From: an uncultured bacterium
Lineage (GTDB): Bacteria > Oederibacteriota > JAAXVQ01
Length of the DNA: 64,000 nt
Direction of reading: 5' to 3'
NCBI GenBank assembly: GCA_964593065.1
Contig: CAZQGO010000009.1
Span: 20,702 to 84,701, forward strand
Shown here in pieces: positions 54,001-63,999 of the stretch (positions are counted from its first letter, which is position 1; every line of letters begins with the position of its first letter). The translations under genes and the position numbers were made by a program. The notes beneath the pieces are model-generated. The model was not told the origin of the DNA. It worked only from the letters and a program-made list of their open reading frames with translations, and searched no databases.

Positions 54001-57000
54001 ATGAGTTTATTTTATCATCTTGTGAAAAGGCTCCGTAACCTCCCTCATCCCTTCTCGCTTTCAACCTGGACCGCACCTGAAAAAAGAACCTACACCAGGA
54101 TTTTAGCCCTGCTCGTATCCCTGTGCTTTCTCCTGCCCTCGCTGTCCTGGGCATTCGCCACCAGCAGTTACGCGGCGCCCATGGCGGTGCAGGTGGCTTA
54201 TGCGGGAAAACCGCTGACGCTGCCTTCCGAACTGGCCAACGTGCACGCCGGCTATCAGGGCGGAAATCGCCTGGTCATCCACATCCAGGATTTGCATTGC
54301 AATTACGAAGTCCAGATGAACATCGCCAAATTGGTCGATTACCTGGCCAAGCAGGAAGGGTTGAGCCTGGTCGGAATCGAAGCCGCCTCCCGCGCCATCA
54401 ATACCACCAAAATTTCCACCTTCCCGGACCCGGACGTGCGCCGGCAGGTCAGCGACAGCTTCGTCCGGCAGGGCAAACTGTCGGGCGCCGAATTCTACGC
54501 GGCCACGGGCGACAAGCCCATCCTGCTGGAGGGCATCGAGACGCCGCAGCTCTATCAGTCCAACCGCCAGTCCGTTGATTCCTTCGTCAACAACGAAAGC
54601 CAGGGCTATTGCTTCGACCTGCGGGAGATGCTCGAGGAGCTGAAAGGCACTGTGTACAACCCCCAGCTGGCCCAGTTCGACCGCAAGCGCATGGCCTTCC
54701 GGGACGCGGACATCGACCTGCTGCAGTACTGCCTGGAACTGCGCAAGTTCGCCGGGCGCCAGAAAGTGGACCTGTCCCCCTACCCGAACGTGTCGGCCTA
54801 TGTGCGGCGGAGAGTCCTCGCCTTTTCACCGGAGATCAACGTGGAGGCCCTGTACGCCGAGGTGGACGCCCTGGACCAAGCCATCCGGGAGAGCCTTTAT
54901 ACGCAGCCGGCGCAGCGCGAACTGGACGCGAACATGCGCCGCGTGGACACCATCGAGAAACTGATCAACATCTCCGCCTCCCCTGCGGATCTTGAACTGT
55001 TCCGCGGCGAACGGGACAAATTCCGCATCGCGCAATTCGAAAACTTTCTCCGCAGCCAGGACGAGGAACTGGCCAGCAGTTTCGATCCCGAACTCTTCCG
55101 CCTGGACGGCTATCTCAAGTCCGCCGAGGAGTTCTACCGCGTCGCGGACGAGCGCAGCCAGCATTTCGTGGACAACCTGGTGTCCAAAATGGACGCCTAC
55201 CACCAGAACATCGCCGTCATGGTCACGGGCGGCTTTCACACCGACGGCATCCTGAAGGCCCTGCGCGACCAAAACATCTCCTACCTGTCCCTGACGCCCC
55301 GCCTGACCAAGCAGGACATCGTCAATCCCTATTTCGCCCTCCTGAAAAATCAACGGACGCCGCTGGAACAGCTGCTGGCGAAAAACCAGATTTTCCTGGC
55401 CATCGAGCCCCTGTTGGCGGAAACGGACGCCGCGGACCGAAACCAGGTCCTGCCGGAAAACCGGCTCTCCCTGCGCACGCGCGTTTTCTACAACCAGCTG
55501 GAAATGGCCCAGGAGAGCGCGCTCTGGAACAAGCTGAAGCGGGCCGGGCTGCAGCTCGCGGCTCAGGTCCAGAGCCTGACCCGGGCCCTGCGCGGCGCTC
55601 CCGAGGAGGGCGTGGCCGGATACGCCGCCGATACCCCGGTGGGCATCGACCGCGAGACCCTGGCGCAGGTCCAGGAACAGATGCGGGCTGCACTCGGCCG
55701 CGAGCTGCCGGGCGTGAGCGTGCTGCCCATGAAAATGCCCAACGGACGGGAAATTACCGCCCTGCTGTGGAATCCCAACCAGGTCGCGGTCAGCCACGCC
55801 AATCTGCTGCCCTTGGACACGCTCAATGTCGACGGCCTGCAGCTCGCCTTCTATCCGGTCACGGAATTCACCCGGACGCAATTGGCGCAGATGATTAAAC
55901 CCGTGTCGCCGGTGGCGGGCGGCCTGAACCTGGGGCGCCTGGTCGGCTGGCTGGGAACCCTCGCCGGCAGCGTGGCGCAGGTCGTGCAACCGTCCCGGCT
56001 TCGCGCCTGGGCCGGCGGCGCGCTGGCAGCTCTGCAAAGCGATCAACCGTCGGGCATCTGGGTCCGAGGCTTGACGGCCGCCGCCCTGCTCGGCGCGGGC
56101 TTGGCCGCGGCCGCACTGGCCGGCGTGACTTTGGGGCCGGCGATCCCGTACCTCGCCTTGCTGGTGGTGTTCGCGGCCTTGTATCCGCAAATCCAGAATG
56201 GCATGGTCCGTTTCCAGGCGCAGCCGGCCTGGCTGCGGGTCACGATTTCCGCTGCAGCCATACTGGCCGTGTCCGTGGTGGCCGGCCAGCTGCCGGCGCT
56301 GTTCCAGGGCAACCTGGCGGGGCTGGCCGCCAATACGGCAGGCTTGAAGACCGGCGGCGCCATCCTCGGCGGCAGCACCTTCGCAGCGGCCATGGCATTT
56401 TTCACCGCGGGGAAGGGCTTGGGCCTCGACGGCCCGGCGATGGTGATGCAGCAGGCCGACCTGGCGAATGGCTTCGTGGTCAACTCCGCACAACGCCTGG
56501 CCGCCGCCCCGACCCGTACGGCCGCAGAACTCCAGGCCGAGCTGAACGATCTTTTTTATTACACCCGTGTCGCCAATGACCCCCAAGCCATCGCCCAGGT
56601 GCTGAAGCAGTATCAGGCCGCCTTCCAGGCCCATCATTTCCAGCACGCGGAGGAGCCTGCCCTGGGCCTGGCGGTCCTGGCCAGCCTCTTGGCCGCGATC
56701 CAGCAGAATCCGAACGAGGCGGTCGCGACCTGGCGCTCCCAGCAGCTCCAGGCGGCCTTGAACGGCCTGCCGCGGCTCATGGTGGAAGCCGCGACCCGCC
56801 TGGCCGAAGCCGCCAACGACCCGGCGCGCCTGCCCTTCCTGGCCGGGTTACCCTTGACTCAGAAAACGCTCCTCTACGAGTTGCGGAACTCCAGGGCCAT
56901 TGTTCTTTTCGCCGGGGGCGGCAGGGGCGGAGCCCTGGCGCGTTTCCAGAACGAGCTTCGCAACCGCACCTTCATGGCGGAGATGGTGACGGCCCTGCAA

Positions 57001-60000
57001 GGACAGCAATTGCAGACCGACGTGGAGCAAACCTTCGCCTATCCGGGCCATCCCGTGGCCTTGAAATTCGGTTCTTTGGACCATGAGCAAACCTTCTGGG
57101 TCATGCAGTACCAGGACCTGCCGCAGGCCGTACAGCAAGGCCTGCCTGCCGGAAACCAACTCTTCCTGGTGGATCTGAAAGACGCCGGATTGGAAGCCGG
57201 AAGTTCCGGCTGGATCGAACTGCGGCCCGAATCCACGAGCCTGGGTTTTGTCTCGGAGCAAGGTCGCTTCAGCCTCAAGTCCGACGGAGGCCAGCGCATG
57301 CGTCTGGCCGCGACGGATGGCAATATTAAAATCGATTACTCTCGCGGCATCCGTAACGCAGCGTGGATGGACGGCGCGCCCCTGGTGGAAAATCCGGACG
57401 TGGCCGGCCCCGCGAATCGCAGGGCCGAAATCGCGGCCAGAGTGCTGATGGAAATGTTCCCCGACATGGAGCCTGCGGCGCAGGCCCAGGCGCTCAACCA
57501 GGTGTGCTGGGACGTGCGCAACATAAACTCGGCCGGCCATTTGATCAATATCCTGGCGGCGGTCTCCAAGGCTTTCAGGGACGGGCGGATTTCCCAAGCG
57601 CAGACCGCCGAGCTGACCGCAAGCCTGCTGGCTGCGGGCTACCAGGCCGAGGGCCTGCGCGAAGGCATGCCTTTCGTGGAAAAACAATTTGCGGCGGCCA
57701 GACTCCAGGAAGAGGACGCCTGGCTAGCCGCGGCTGTGCTCGCGGCCAAGGCCATGGCCGATGACGCAGCCTTAGCGGACGTCCGCGCTGCCTCCGAGGC
57801 GATTAAAAACGAAATCATCAACCTCCTGAGCGCCCAGGTGGTCCAGCTGCGGGCCTTCGATCCAGCCGCTGCAGCCGACGCCGCGGACCAGGCCGCCGTG
57901 ACCGGCAGGCTGGAGGAAATCCTGAGGGCCGCGGCCGAAGGCACGCCCGGAGCCCTGGCCCGGATCGCGGGCCTGCGTCAGGCCGAGGAAGTCAATGAAG
58001 GCTTCAGGCTGGCGGCCGCAAACGTGCGCGGGGAGGCGGCCCAGACCCTCGTCGCCTCCGGACAGAAAACCATGGCCATGCCGGCCCCGCTGGCGCCTGA
58101 AGTAATCGTCGCCCGCAACGTTGACTTGCTGCGGTCCGCAAATGCCCGGCCCATCGGCAGCAAGCTTATGTACCTTGGGAATGACCGCGTCACGTATTTC
58201 CAGATCGGCGTGGATGAACAGGGCTCTCTCTTAACCCGGGAAGGGCGGACCATGGACAACCGGCCGCCCGTGGGCGAAGTGACCGAAATCCGGATATACA
58301 TGCTTCAGTACGGGCTGAGCACCACGCCTTTTTTCCAGCTGTCTCAGGACGATGCCTCCAACCTGCCGCCCGCGGTTCTGCCAACCGTCCGGCAGGCCCT
58401 GCAGCAGGCCGACGCCGCCCTCCGCGCCCAGGCCGGACAGAACGGCCTGCAAGTTTTAAGCGACAACGAGAAACGCCTGATCGCGGCCCTGCTGAAGGCC
58501 ACGGCAGGCCAGATCCAGGAAGGCGCGGCGATTCTGAGCAACCGGGACGCGGTTCCGGAAGTGGACGCGGCCGCTGCCGCGGCTTTCATCCAGGCGCGGG
58601 ACAATTATATAGTCGCCAATCGGCAGAGCGACGCCAGCGACCCGCTGTTTACCGCCCGCCAGAATCTGCGCCAAGCCATAGAGGGAAGTCCCGGATTCGC
58701 GGAATATTTCCAGCGCCCGGCGGGCGTTTGGTACACCCTGACCGAGCACGGCAGCTTCGAGAAGGTCGCGGCCCTGGAAACCGTGGCCCAGGCCGCCCAG
58801 GCCGAGGCGACGCCGGGCCTGCTGGGCTACTGGGGCCCGGTCACCCAACAGGCACTGCGGGACGGCATGGAGATATTCATCCGCTCCGGCAAGGTCACCA
58901 TGGTGGGCGCCGCGGCCGGACTGGCCTACGACGTGGTCCGGGACTTGTTCAGGGACATGCCGGCCGAGGCCATGCGCGCCTTCTTCGCCTATTTCGGGCA
59001 CGAGATCGGCGAGCCCTACCTCGCCATGGACTGGCTTTCCAAGGTCCTGCGCCAGATGGACGCGCGCCTGGAGAACCTGCCTCAGTACCAGGGACCGGTG
59101 CGGGAGGCGCTGGGACAACTGGCCCAACTGCAGAAGGGACAAACCGTCACCCTGCTGGTCAACGGCATCCAGCATACGGTCAAGAGCCTGGAGGTGGTCC
59201 GGGTCAGCCGGCTGGACCAGGTGCCGGATGATTTCATGCCGCTGGCCAAATCGCGCCGGGCGCAAGTTTTTGCCGAGATGCAGGAACGGCTGAAGGACGT
59301 GGGTTCCTTCCTGCAGGTGGACCAGGACCGGGAGACGGCGGTGGTGTACGTCCTGCCCGAAGCCCTGGAGGACGGGGGGAACGCCGGCACAGTGGTGGCG
59401 CACGAGTTCCTGGAGTTCGTCACCGGGATCCCCCACGACCAGGTGGTGAGGCTTCTGGCCGCGGTGGAGACGGGCCAGGAGTCCGCGTTGGGCACGCCGG
59501 CAGAACGGGCGCAGGTCGTGACCGAGGCTAAGACGTTCTTGACCGACCTGGTCCAGCAGCGCATCCGATCACAGGATATCGGCATGCGCCTGAACGAGGC
59601 GTTGTGGAACGTACAAAAGATGTCCTACGAGGATTTCATGGATGTCCTGGAGGCCTTCCCGCACATCCGGTACTTCCAGGCCACGCGATCAGCGGTGCTG
59701 GCAAGCCTGTTGGCGGCCGGCCTGCAGAATCCGGCCATCTCGGCCCGGTTCGACGGGGGCAGTCTGCGGCTGGCGTTCGGCGAGCGCCTGCAGGGTGACG
59801 CGAACGTCAAGGCGGCCGTCTTGGCGGGTATGGGCACCAGACAGGAGCCGGTCAGACGGTTCCTGGCACAGCAGAAGGTGGCGGACCGGGTTCAGGTGCT
59901 GGAACTTCTGGCCTCCGAGGCGTTCGTGCCCGTGGCCTATGAGCCCAAGGTCTCCGCCGGCCGCGGGGACGTCCTGGCGCGCATAGAGGCCCATCGGCGG

Positions 60001-63000
60001 GAAGTGGTCGCGAACGGCAGGTATCTGATGCGGCAGCTGCTGGGGGCCGCGGTGGGCCAGGAGTATGACCTGGAGACCAAGCTGGGCGAGCTCAAACTGA
60101 GGGATATCACCTCGGCGCTGTTCAAGACCGGCATCGAACAGGGCCTACTCAGGCCCGGGATAGGCGCCATGCTGGGGGCCTACGGAACCATCTTGTGGAA
60201 GGGCCTGGAGAAGAGCGCCCGCGACGCGGTGCGGGAAATGTACGACCGCACCCCCGCCCTTTACACGGGAGGGCTGGAACAATATTTCCGGGACGTGCTC
60301 CAGCAGGTTTTCGCGCAGCAACGCGTGGAGGCCATGAGACTGGAGGAGTACGACGCCGCCAACGCGGAAACCGTCCGGCAAAATCTGGTGAAATACCTGG
60401 CCGGCACCTCGCGCTGGGCGAACCTGTCCGATGAGATGGCCGCGGCCATCCGGGGCATTCCGAGCGACATCCCGATCCATATTCTCAAGCCGACCGACCC
60501 GCTGCCGCCGAATCTCGATACCGATACGGATCTGGACCGGCTGGGAGTCTTTCATTATCGCGGGCGGCTATACCTGACCGAGCGTTCCTACGGACGCTTG
60601 CAAGCCGAGCCCGGCGTGGCTGCGGCGGTGCTTTTGCACGAGGCCCTGGAACAATCGGGCGGCGGAAAGGTTTTTTCGCACGAGGACGCGGTCACCTGGA
60701 CCGAACACCTGACGGGGGTGCCGTTCGACGTTCTCGTGGGCAGCCTCGGTTTGCTGCCGGGTGCCTCCTTGACCAATATTTCCGACGCCATCGAGCGGTA
60801 CGAAAAGGCCGTGCAGGCCGGCGATAACGCCACCCTGCTCCAGGCTCTGAACGATCTGGGCTGGTTCGTACGCATGTATATGAAGAACGTCGCGGAACTG
60901 GAAGCTCTGCTGCGTCAGTACGCCATCAGCCAGCGGATCAACGGCCAGAGCGGGGTTTACGCCCTGGAAGCGGGCGAACCGCGGGTTTTGACCAGCATTC
61001 TGGCCGCGGCCATGCAGAATCCCCAATTGGCCCGGGAAATCACCCCGGACCAGGTGTTTTCCTGGCTGAACACCAGCGACGCGAATTATTTTGTTCCCGA
61101 GGCTTTTTTAGTGGCGAGCTGGGTGAACGACAAGGACGTGAGAAGTCTGCGCCTGACCCTCGAGCAACTCGCCAACCAGCAACCGGTCAACACCGAGCTG
61201 ATCGCCAATCTGCTGAACGACGGCGTCCTGTATTTTCACAGACCGGATCAGCCTGCCCACGTCGCCCAGCAGTTGCAAAAAGACCTGGCGATCCCGGCGC
61301 GGCAGGTGCTGGGCGATTTCCTGAACACCCAGGCCAGCCAGCAACGGCGCATAGCGGATCTGCGGAAACGCCTGCCCAATACGGGCCTGGGAGCGCGCGT
61401 GGCCGTCCAGGAGCTCGTCGACATCCTGGGGTTGGAAAGCCCCAACCTGCTCGTGCCGGCTTTGGAACTAGTGCGCCAGTACATAAACCGCTTCAACCCC
61501 CAGCAAATGGACCAGGTGGCGGCGCGCGTAGCCGAGCTGCAGGGTTCCCTGCATATTACGGTGCGCGAGGAAGCCAACGTGGCGCAGAACGCGATCCAGG
61601 CCGCCCGCCTGTCGGGCTCCAGGTCCGACCTTGCGCGGCAGCCCCTTAACCTCCCGGGCGCGATGCTGGGATTCACCTTCTCGCTGGGAATCATGATTCT
61701 GGCCGGTTTTTCACCGCTCCTTTCCGTGGCGGCCATCGGGTATTTCGCCTGGCACTCCGGGAAAGTGGCGCTGGTCCTGGCCCAGCTGTTCGGCACGTAC
61801 GGGCTGGGCATGTTCGGCCACCTCAATGACAGCGTGTCCCTCTTCGACCCGACGACTCGCCAAATGACGGACGCGGAAGGCAGGCCCATTGTCAATCCCG
61901 CGGGCCGGGCGCATGAATTCTCCCATTTTTGGATGCAGACAATCCTGGATCCCGTTATCCGTCTTTTCGGCGGCCGCTCCCTGGCCGCGTACGCCCTGGC
62001 CTATAACCAGGCGCAAGAAGCGCGGGCCCAGGGCCGCGCCGCCGGGGCGAAAGTACCGCTGGGATACTGGATCTGGAACGTGGGCGTGTCCGAAATGGCC
62101 GCGCACGCCCTGGACCTGAGCTTTTCCCTGTACGCCATCGCCGATGTCCTGGCCGAACGGGTTTCGCCGCGCCGCGGCGCACTTTTCCGGGCCACGGCCG
62201 TGGGAGTCACCACGGTCCTGGTTTTTGCCCCCCTGATCCTGACCTCGCTGGGCCTGGTCGCCGTTACGGGCTTTGCAGTCCCGGCCCTGCTGGCCGGCTT
62301 GGGTCTCCTCCTCCTGCTGCCACTTTTCGGCGAGTTCCTCAATCTGCGTCCCGAGCGCAATGAGGCGGATCTCCTTTCCCAGGAGATTCTCAAGGCTCCC
62401 AATTCCATGGCGGTTGCGGAAATCCTGTCGGCCTTTGTACAGCCCCGGGTCGGAACGGACCGTTACACTCCGCAGCAGCTGGTTGAATTGCTGGCCGCGG
62501 CCTTGGCCGCGGCCGCCCGGCACCAAAATGCGGCGATCCGGGACCACGCGGTGAACGGGAACCTCACCTTGATCCTGGCCGCGTACGACGTTCCGGATGC
62601 CTATGCACGCGCCGCTCAGGTGATGGCCGGGGCACTCAACGAACAGGTCGCGGCGGCCGAGGAGCCGGCCCTGACCGCCGACATCCAGGCTGGCGCCCTC
62701 CGGATCTCCGGCATGTTCCTGGCCGGCGTGGGATTGGCGGCGGCATTCCTGGGCGGGGCCGCCCTGGCGATCCCCGGCGCTGTTCTGGCCGCGGCGGGCA
62801 TGCTGGTGGCGCTGGCGCCACGAACTTTAAACTTTTTCCGTCCCCTCCAGGTTTCCGATCCTTTGTTCTCCCTGGGCTCCGAGCCGACGACACGCGCCCT
62901 GCGCCGCACCACCCTGGCCAGCGACATCGTCAGCCGTACTTCCGCCCAGGAGGTCGAGGCGGGATACCGCGGCGCCGTGGACAGCGACTACGGCAAGGAT

Positions 63001-63999
63001 TTTGTCGACGCGGTGAAAGACCTGGCGGACGGCCTGGCCAAGGTCATTTTCGAAAGCGTCATTTACCGTTGGGCCAGGCGCGTGATGATGCTTACTTCCG
63101 AGGGACGGGGACGCGACGGCCTGACCAAGGAACAAAGCTTCGACGCGGGCGACGTGATCAACGCGCGGAGTTTAAGGGCCAAGGCGCGGGCGCTGGTGTA
63201 CGCCATGGTGGACGTGGTGGAGAACACCAACGCCTTTGTCTCCAACAACTACCATATCTTGAGGGCCAAGCTATCCTGGTTCGCGCCGGGTGCCAACTCG
63301 GCTTTCGTTTCAGGCCAATCGGCGGAGCGACGGGGCAAGGCGCCGGACAATTACGGAATCGGCTTGTTCTTCCGCGTGCCTCCGGACCGGGTCGGGGATT
63401 TTGCCGATGTGGATCCCCTGCTGGAGAACGAAACGGACGTAGACGCCGTGCACGCCCAAATGGAAAAAACTCTGGCGCAAATCGCCCGGGCCCATGGGAA
63501 AACCATTAATGACATCAATTATGTTCTCATGATCCGGCCCCGCGAAAATGTCCGCCTGGCCGCCCTGGAGGCCATGCAGAAGCAATACCCGGGCTTGCAG
63601 ATCGTGCGCATTTTGGACGGCACCTTGCCCCATGGCCTGCGGGCCACGCTGGGAAGCAACGACGGGCGCATACCGGTCATGTGGACCGTGGGCGGAGCGC
63701 CGGAAATGATGATGAACCAAGTGGTGGCGGACGCCTTTGCCGCCCAGGGGGCCGTGGGGGTCATGCGGCACGCCTCCAAGAACGTGAACAAGGCCGAGAA
63801 TTACAGCCGGGCTTTCGCCTTCAGTGAACAAGAGACCGCCACCTACCGGAACCTGATGCCGGACCAGGCCGCGGACATCCTGCAAGGCCGAAAGAAGCTC
63901 AGCTCTTTCGAGTATCAGGACGAGCCACAGGACTTAGACGCCGCCTTCGGCATCATCACGGACAGCGGCCCGGGGGTTCTGAATCTGCCGGGGACCGAG
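54001..63999 (+). CDS. Giant multidomain protein 2 (3'-truncated, at least 3,333 aa), absent from the ORF track
   Basis: GGAGG RBS then ATG 54001; manual translation shows no stop to the window end; signal-like RILALLVSLCFLLPSLSWA, several TM clusters, GlpX-like domain. Confidence 0.92.
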   Translation, partial: MSLFYHLVKRLRNLPHPFSLSTWTAPEKRTYTRILALLVSLCFLLPSLSWAFATSSYAAPMAVQVAYAGKPLTLPSELANVHAGYQGGNRLVIHIQDLHCNYEVQMNIAKLVDYLAKQEGLSLVGIEAASRAINTTKISTFPDPDVRRQVSDSFVRQGKLSGAEFYAATGDKPILLEGIETPQLYQSNRQSVDSFVNNESQGYCFDLREMLEELKGTVYNPQLAQFDRKRMAFRDADIDLLQYCLELRKFAGRQKVDLSPYPNVSAYVRRRVLAFSPEINVEALYAEVDALDQAIRESLYTQPAQRELDANMRRVDTIEKLINISASPADLELFRGERDKFRIAQFENFLRSQDEELASSFDPELFRLDGYLKSAEEFYRVADERSQHFVDNLVSKMDAYHQNIAVMVTGGFHTDGILKALRDQNISYLSLTPRLTKQDIVNPYFALLKNQRTPLEQLLAKNQIFLAIEPLLAETDAADRNQVLPENRLSLRTRVFYNQLEMAQESALWNKLKRAGLQLAAQVQSLTRALRGAPEEGVAGYAADTPVGIDRETLAQVQEQMRAALGRELPGVSVLPMKMPNGREITALLWNPNQVAVSHANLLPLDTLNVDGLQLAFYPVTEFTRTQLAQMIKPVSPVAGGLNLGRLVGWLGTLAGSVAQVVQPSRLRAWAGGALAALQSDQPSGIWVRGLTAAALLGAGLAAAALAGVTLGPAIPYLALLVVFAALYPQIQNGMVRFQAQPAWLRVTISAAAILAVSVVAGQLPALFQGNLAGLAANTAGLKTGGAILGGSTFAAAMAFFTAGKGLGLDGPAMVMQQADLANGFVVNSAQRLAAAPTRTAAELQAELNDLFYYTRVANDPQAIAQVLKQYQAAFQAHHFQHAEEPALGLAVLASLLAAIQQNPNEAVATWRSQQLQAALNGLPRLMVEAATRLAEAANDPARLPFLAGLPLTQKTLLYELRNSRAIVLFAGGGRGGALARFQNELRNRTFMAEMVTALQGQQLQTDVEQTFAYPGHPVALKFGSLDHEQTFWVMQYQDLPQAVQQGLPAGNQLFLVDLKDAGLEAGSSGWIELRPESTSLGFVSEQGRFSLKSDGGQRMRLAATDGNIKIDYSRGIRNAAWMDGAPLVENPDVAGPANRRAEIAARVLMEMFPDMEPAAQAQALNQVCWDVRNINSAGHLINILAAVSKAFRDGRISQAQTAELTASLLAAGYQAEGLREGMPFVEKQFAAARLQEEDAWLAAAVLAAKAMADDAALADVRAASEAIKNEIINLLSAQVVQLRAFDPAAAADAADQAAVTGRLEEILRAAAEGTPGALARIAGLRQAEEVNEGFRLAAANVRGEAAQTLVASGQKTMAMPAPLAPEVIVARNVDLLRSANARPIGSKLMYLGNDRVTYFQIGVDEQGSLLTREGRTMDNRPPVGEVTEIRIYMLQYGLSTTPFFQLSQDDASNLPPAVLPTVRQALQQADAALRAQAGQNGLQVLSDNEKRLIAALLKATAGQIQEGAAILSNRDAVPEVDAAAAAAFIQARDNYIVANRQSDASDPLFTARQNLRQAIEGSPGFAEYFQRPAGVWYTLTEHGSFEKVAALETVAQAAQAEATPGLLGYWGPVTQQALRDGMEIFIRSGKVTMVGAAAGLAYDVVRDLFRDMPAEAMRAFFAYFGHEIGEPYLAMDWLSKVLRQMDARLENLPQYQGPVREALGQLAQLQKGQTVTLLVNGIQHTVKSLEVVRVSRLDQVPDDFMPLAKSRRAQVFAEMQERLKDVGSFLQVDQDRETAVVYVLPEALEDGGNAGTVVAHEFLEFVTGIPHDQVVRLLAAVETGQESALGTPAERAQVVTEAKTFLTDLVQQRIRSQDIGMRLNEALWNVQKMSYEDFMDVLEAFPHIRYFQATRSAVLASLLAAGLQNPAISARFDGGSLRLAFGERLQGDANVKAAVLAGMGTRQEPVRRFLAQQKVADRVQVLELLASEAFVPVAYEPKVSAGRGDVLARIEAHRREVVANGRYLMRQLLGAAVGQEYDLETKLGELKLRDITSALFKTGIEQGLLRPGIGAMLGAYGTILWKGLEKSARDAVREMYDRTPALYTGGLEQYFRDVLQQVFAQQRVEAMRLEEYDAANAETVRQNLVKYLAGTSRWANLSDEMAAAIRGIPSDIPIHILKPTDPLPPNLDTDTDLDRLGVFHYRGRLYLTERSYGRLQAEPGVAAAVLLHEALEQSGGGKVFSHEDAVTWTEHLTGVPFDVLVGSLGLLPGASLTNISDAIERYEKAVQAGDNATLLQALNDLGWFVRMYMKNVAELEALLRQYAISQRINGQSGVYALEAGEPRVLTSILAAAMQNPQLAREITPDQVFSWLNTSDANYFVPEAFLVASWVNDKDVRSLRLTLEQLANQQPVNTELIANLLNDGVLYFHRPDQPAHVAQQLQKDLAIPARQVLGDFLNTQASQQRRIADLRKRLPNTGLGARVAVQELVDILGLESPNLLVPALELVRQYINRFNPQQMDQVAARVAELQGSLHITVREEANVAQNAIQAARLSGSRSDLARQPLNLPGAMLGFTFSLGIMILAGFSPLLSVAAIGYFAWHSGKVALVLAQLFGTYGLGMFGHLNDSVSLFDPTTRQMTDAEGRPIVNPAGRAHEFSHFWMQTILDPVIRLFGGRSLAAYALAYNQAQEARAQGRAAGAKVPLGYWIWNVGVSEMAAHALDLSFSLYAIADVLAERVSPRRGALFRATAVGVTTVLVFAPLILTSLGLVAVTGFAVPALLAGLGLLLLLPLFGEFLNLRPERNEADLLSQEILKAPNSMAVAEILSAFVQPRVGTDRYTPQQLVELLAAALAAAARHQNAAIRDHAVNGNLTLILAAYDVPDAYARAAQVMAGALNEQVAAAEEPALTADIQAGALRISGMFLAGVGLAAAFLGGAALAIPGAVLAAAGMLVALAPRTLNFFRPLQVSDPLFSLGSEPTTRALRRTTLASDIVSRTSAQEVEAGYRGAVDSDYGKDFVDAVKDLADGLAKVIFESVIYRWARRVMMLTSEGRGRDGLTKEQSFDAGDVINARSLRAKARALVYAMVDVVENTNAFVSNNYHILRAKLSWFAPGANSAFVSGQSAERRGKAPDNYGIGLFFRVPPDRVGDFADVDPLLENETDVDAVHAQMEKTLAQIARAHGKTINDINYVLMIRPRENVRLAALEAMQKQYPGLQIVRILDGTLPHGLRATLGSNDGRIPVMWTVGGAPEMMMNQVVADAFAAQGAVGVMRHASKNVNKAENYSRAFAFSEQETATYRNLMPDQAADILQGRKKLSSFEYQDEPQDLDAAFGIITDSGPGVLNLPGTE
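54270..55310 (+). other. N-terminal ChaN/TraB/EreA-like domain of giant protein 2
   Basis: IHIQDLHC (H 54295), LVGIEA (E 54379), LEGIE..LY..N, R..VMVTGGFH (H 55237). Confidence 0.6.
62880..63999 (+). other. Class II fructose-1,6-bisphosphatase (GlpX)-like domain in giant protein 2
   Basis: KDLADG, SEG, VDVVENT, KAPDNY, IARAHGK..MIRPRE, ILDG, GGAPE, GIITD, in GlpX order. Confidence 0.8.

Noticed and set aside
54123-63885. Track ORFs in the last 10 kb (e.g. 54826..56646 minus)
   Set aside because: All are shadows of the continuous plus-strand giant frame starting at 54001.
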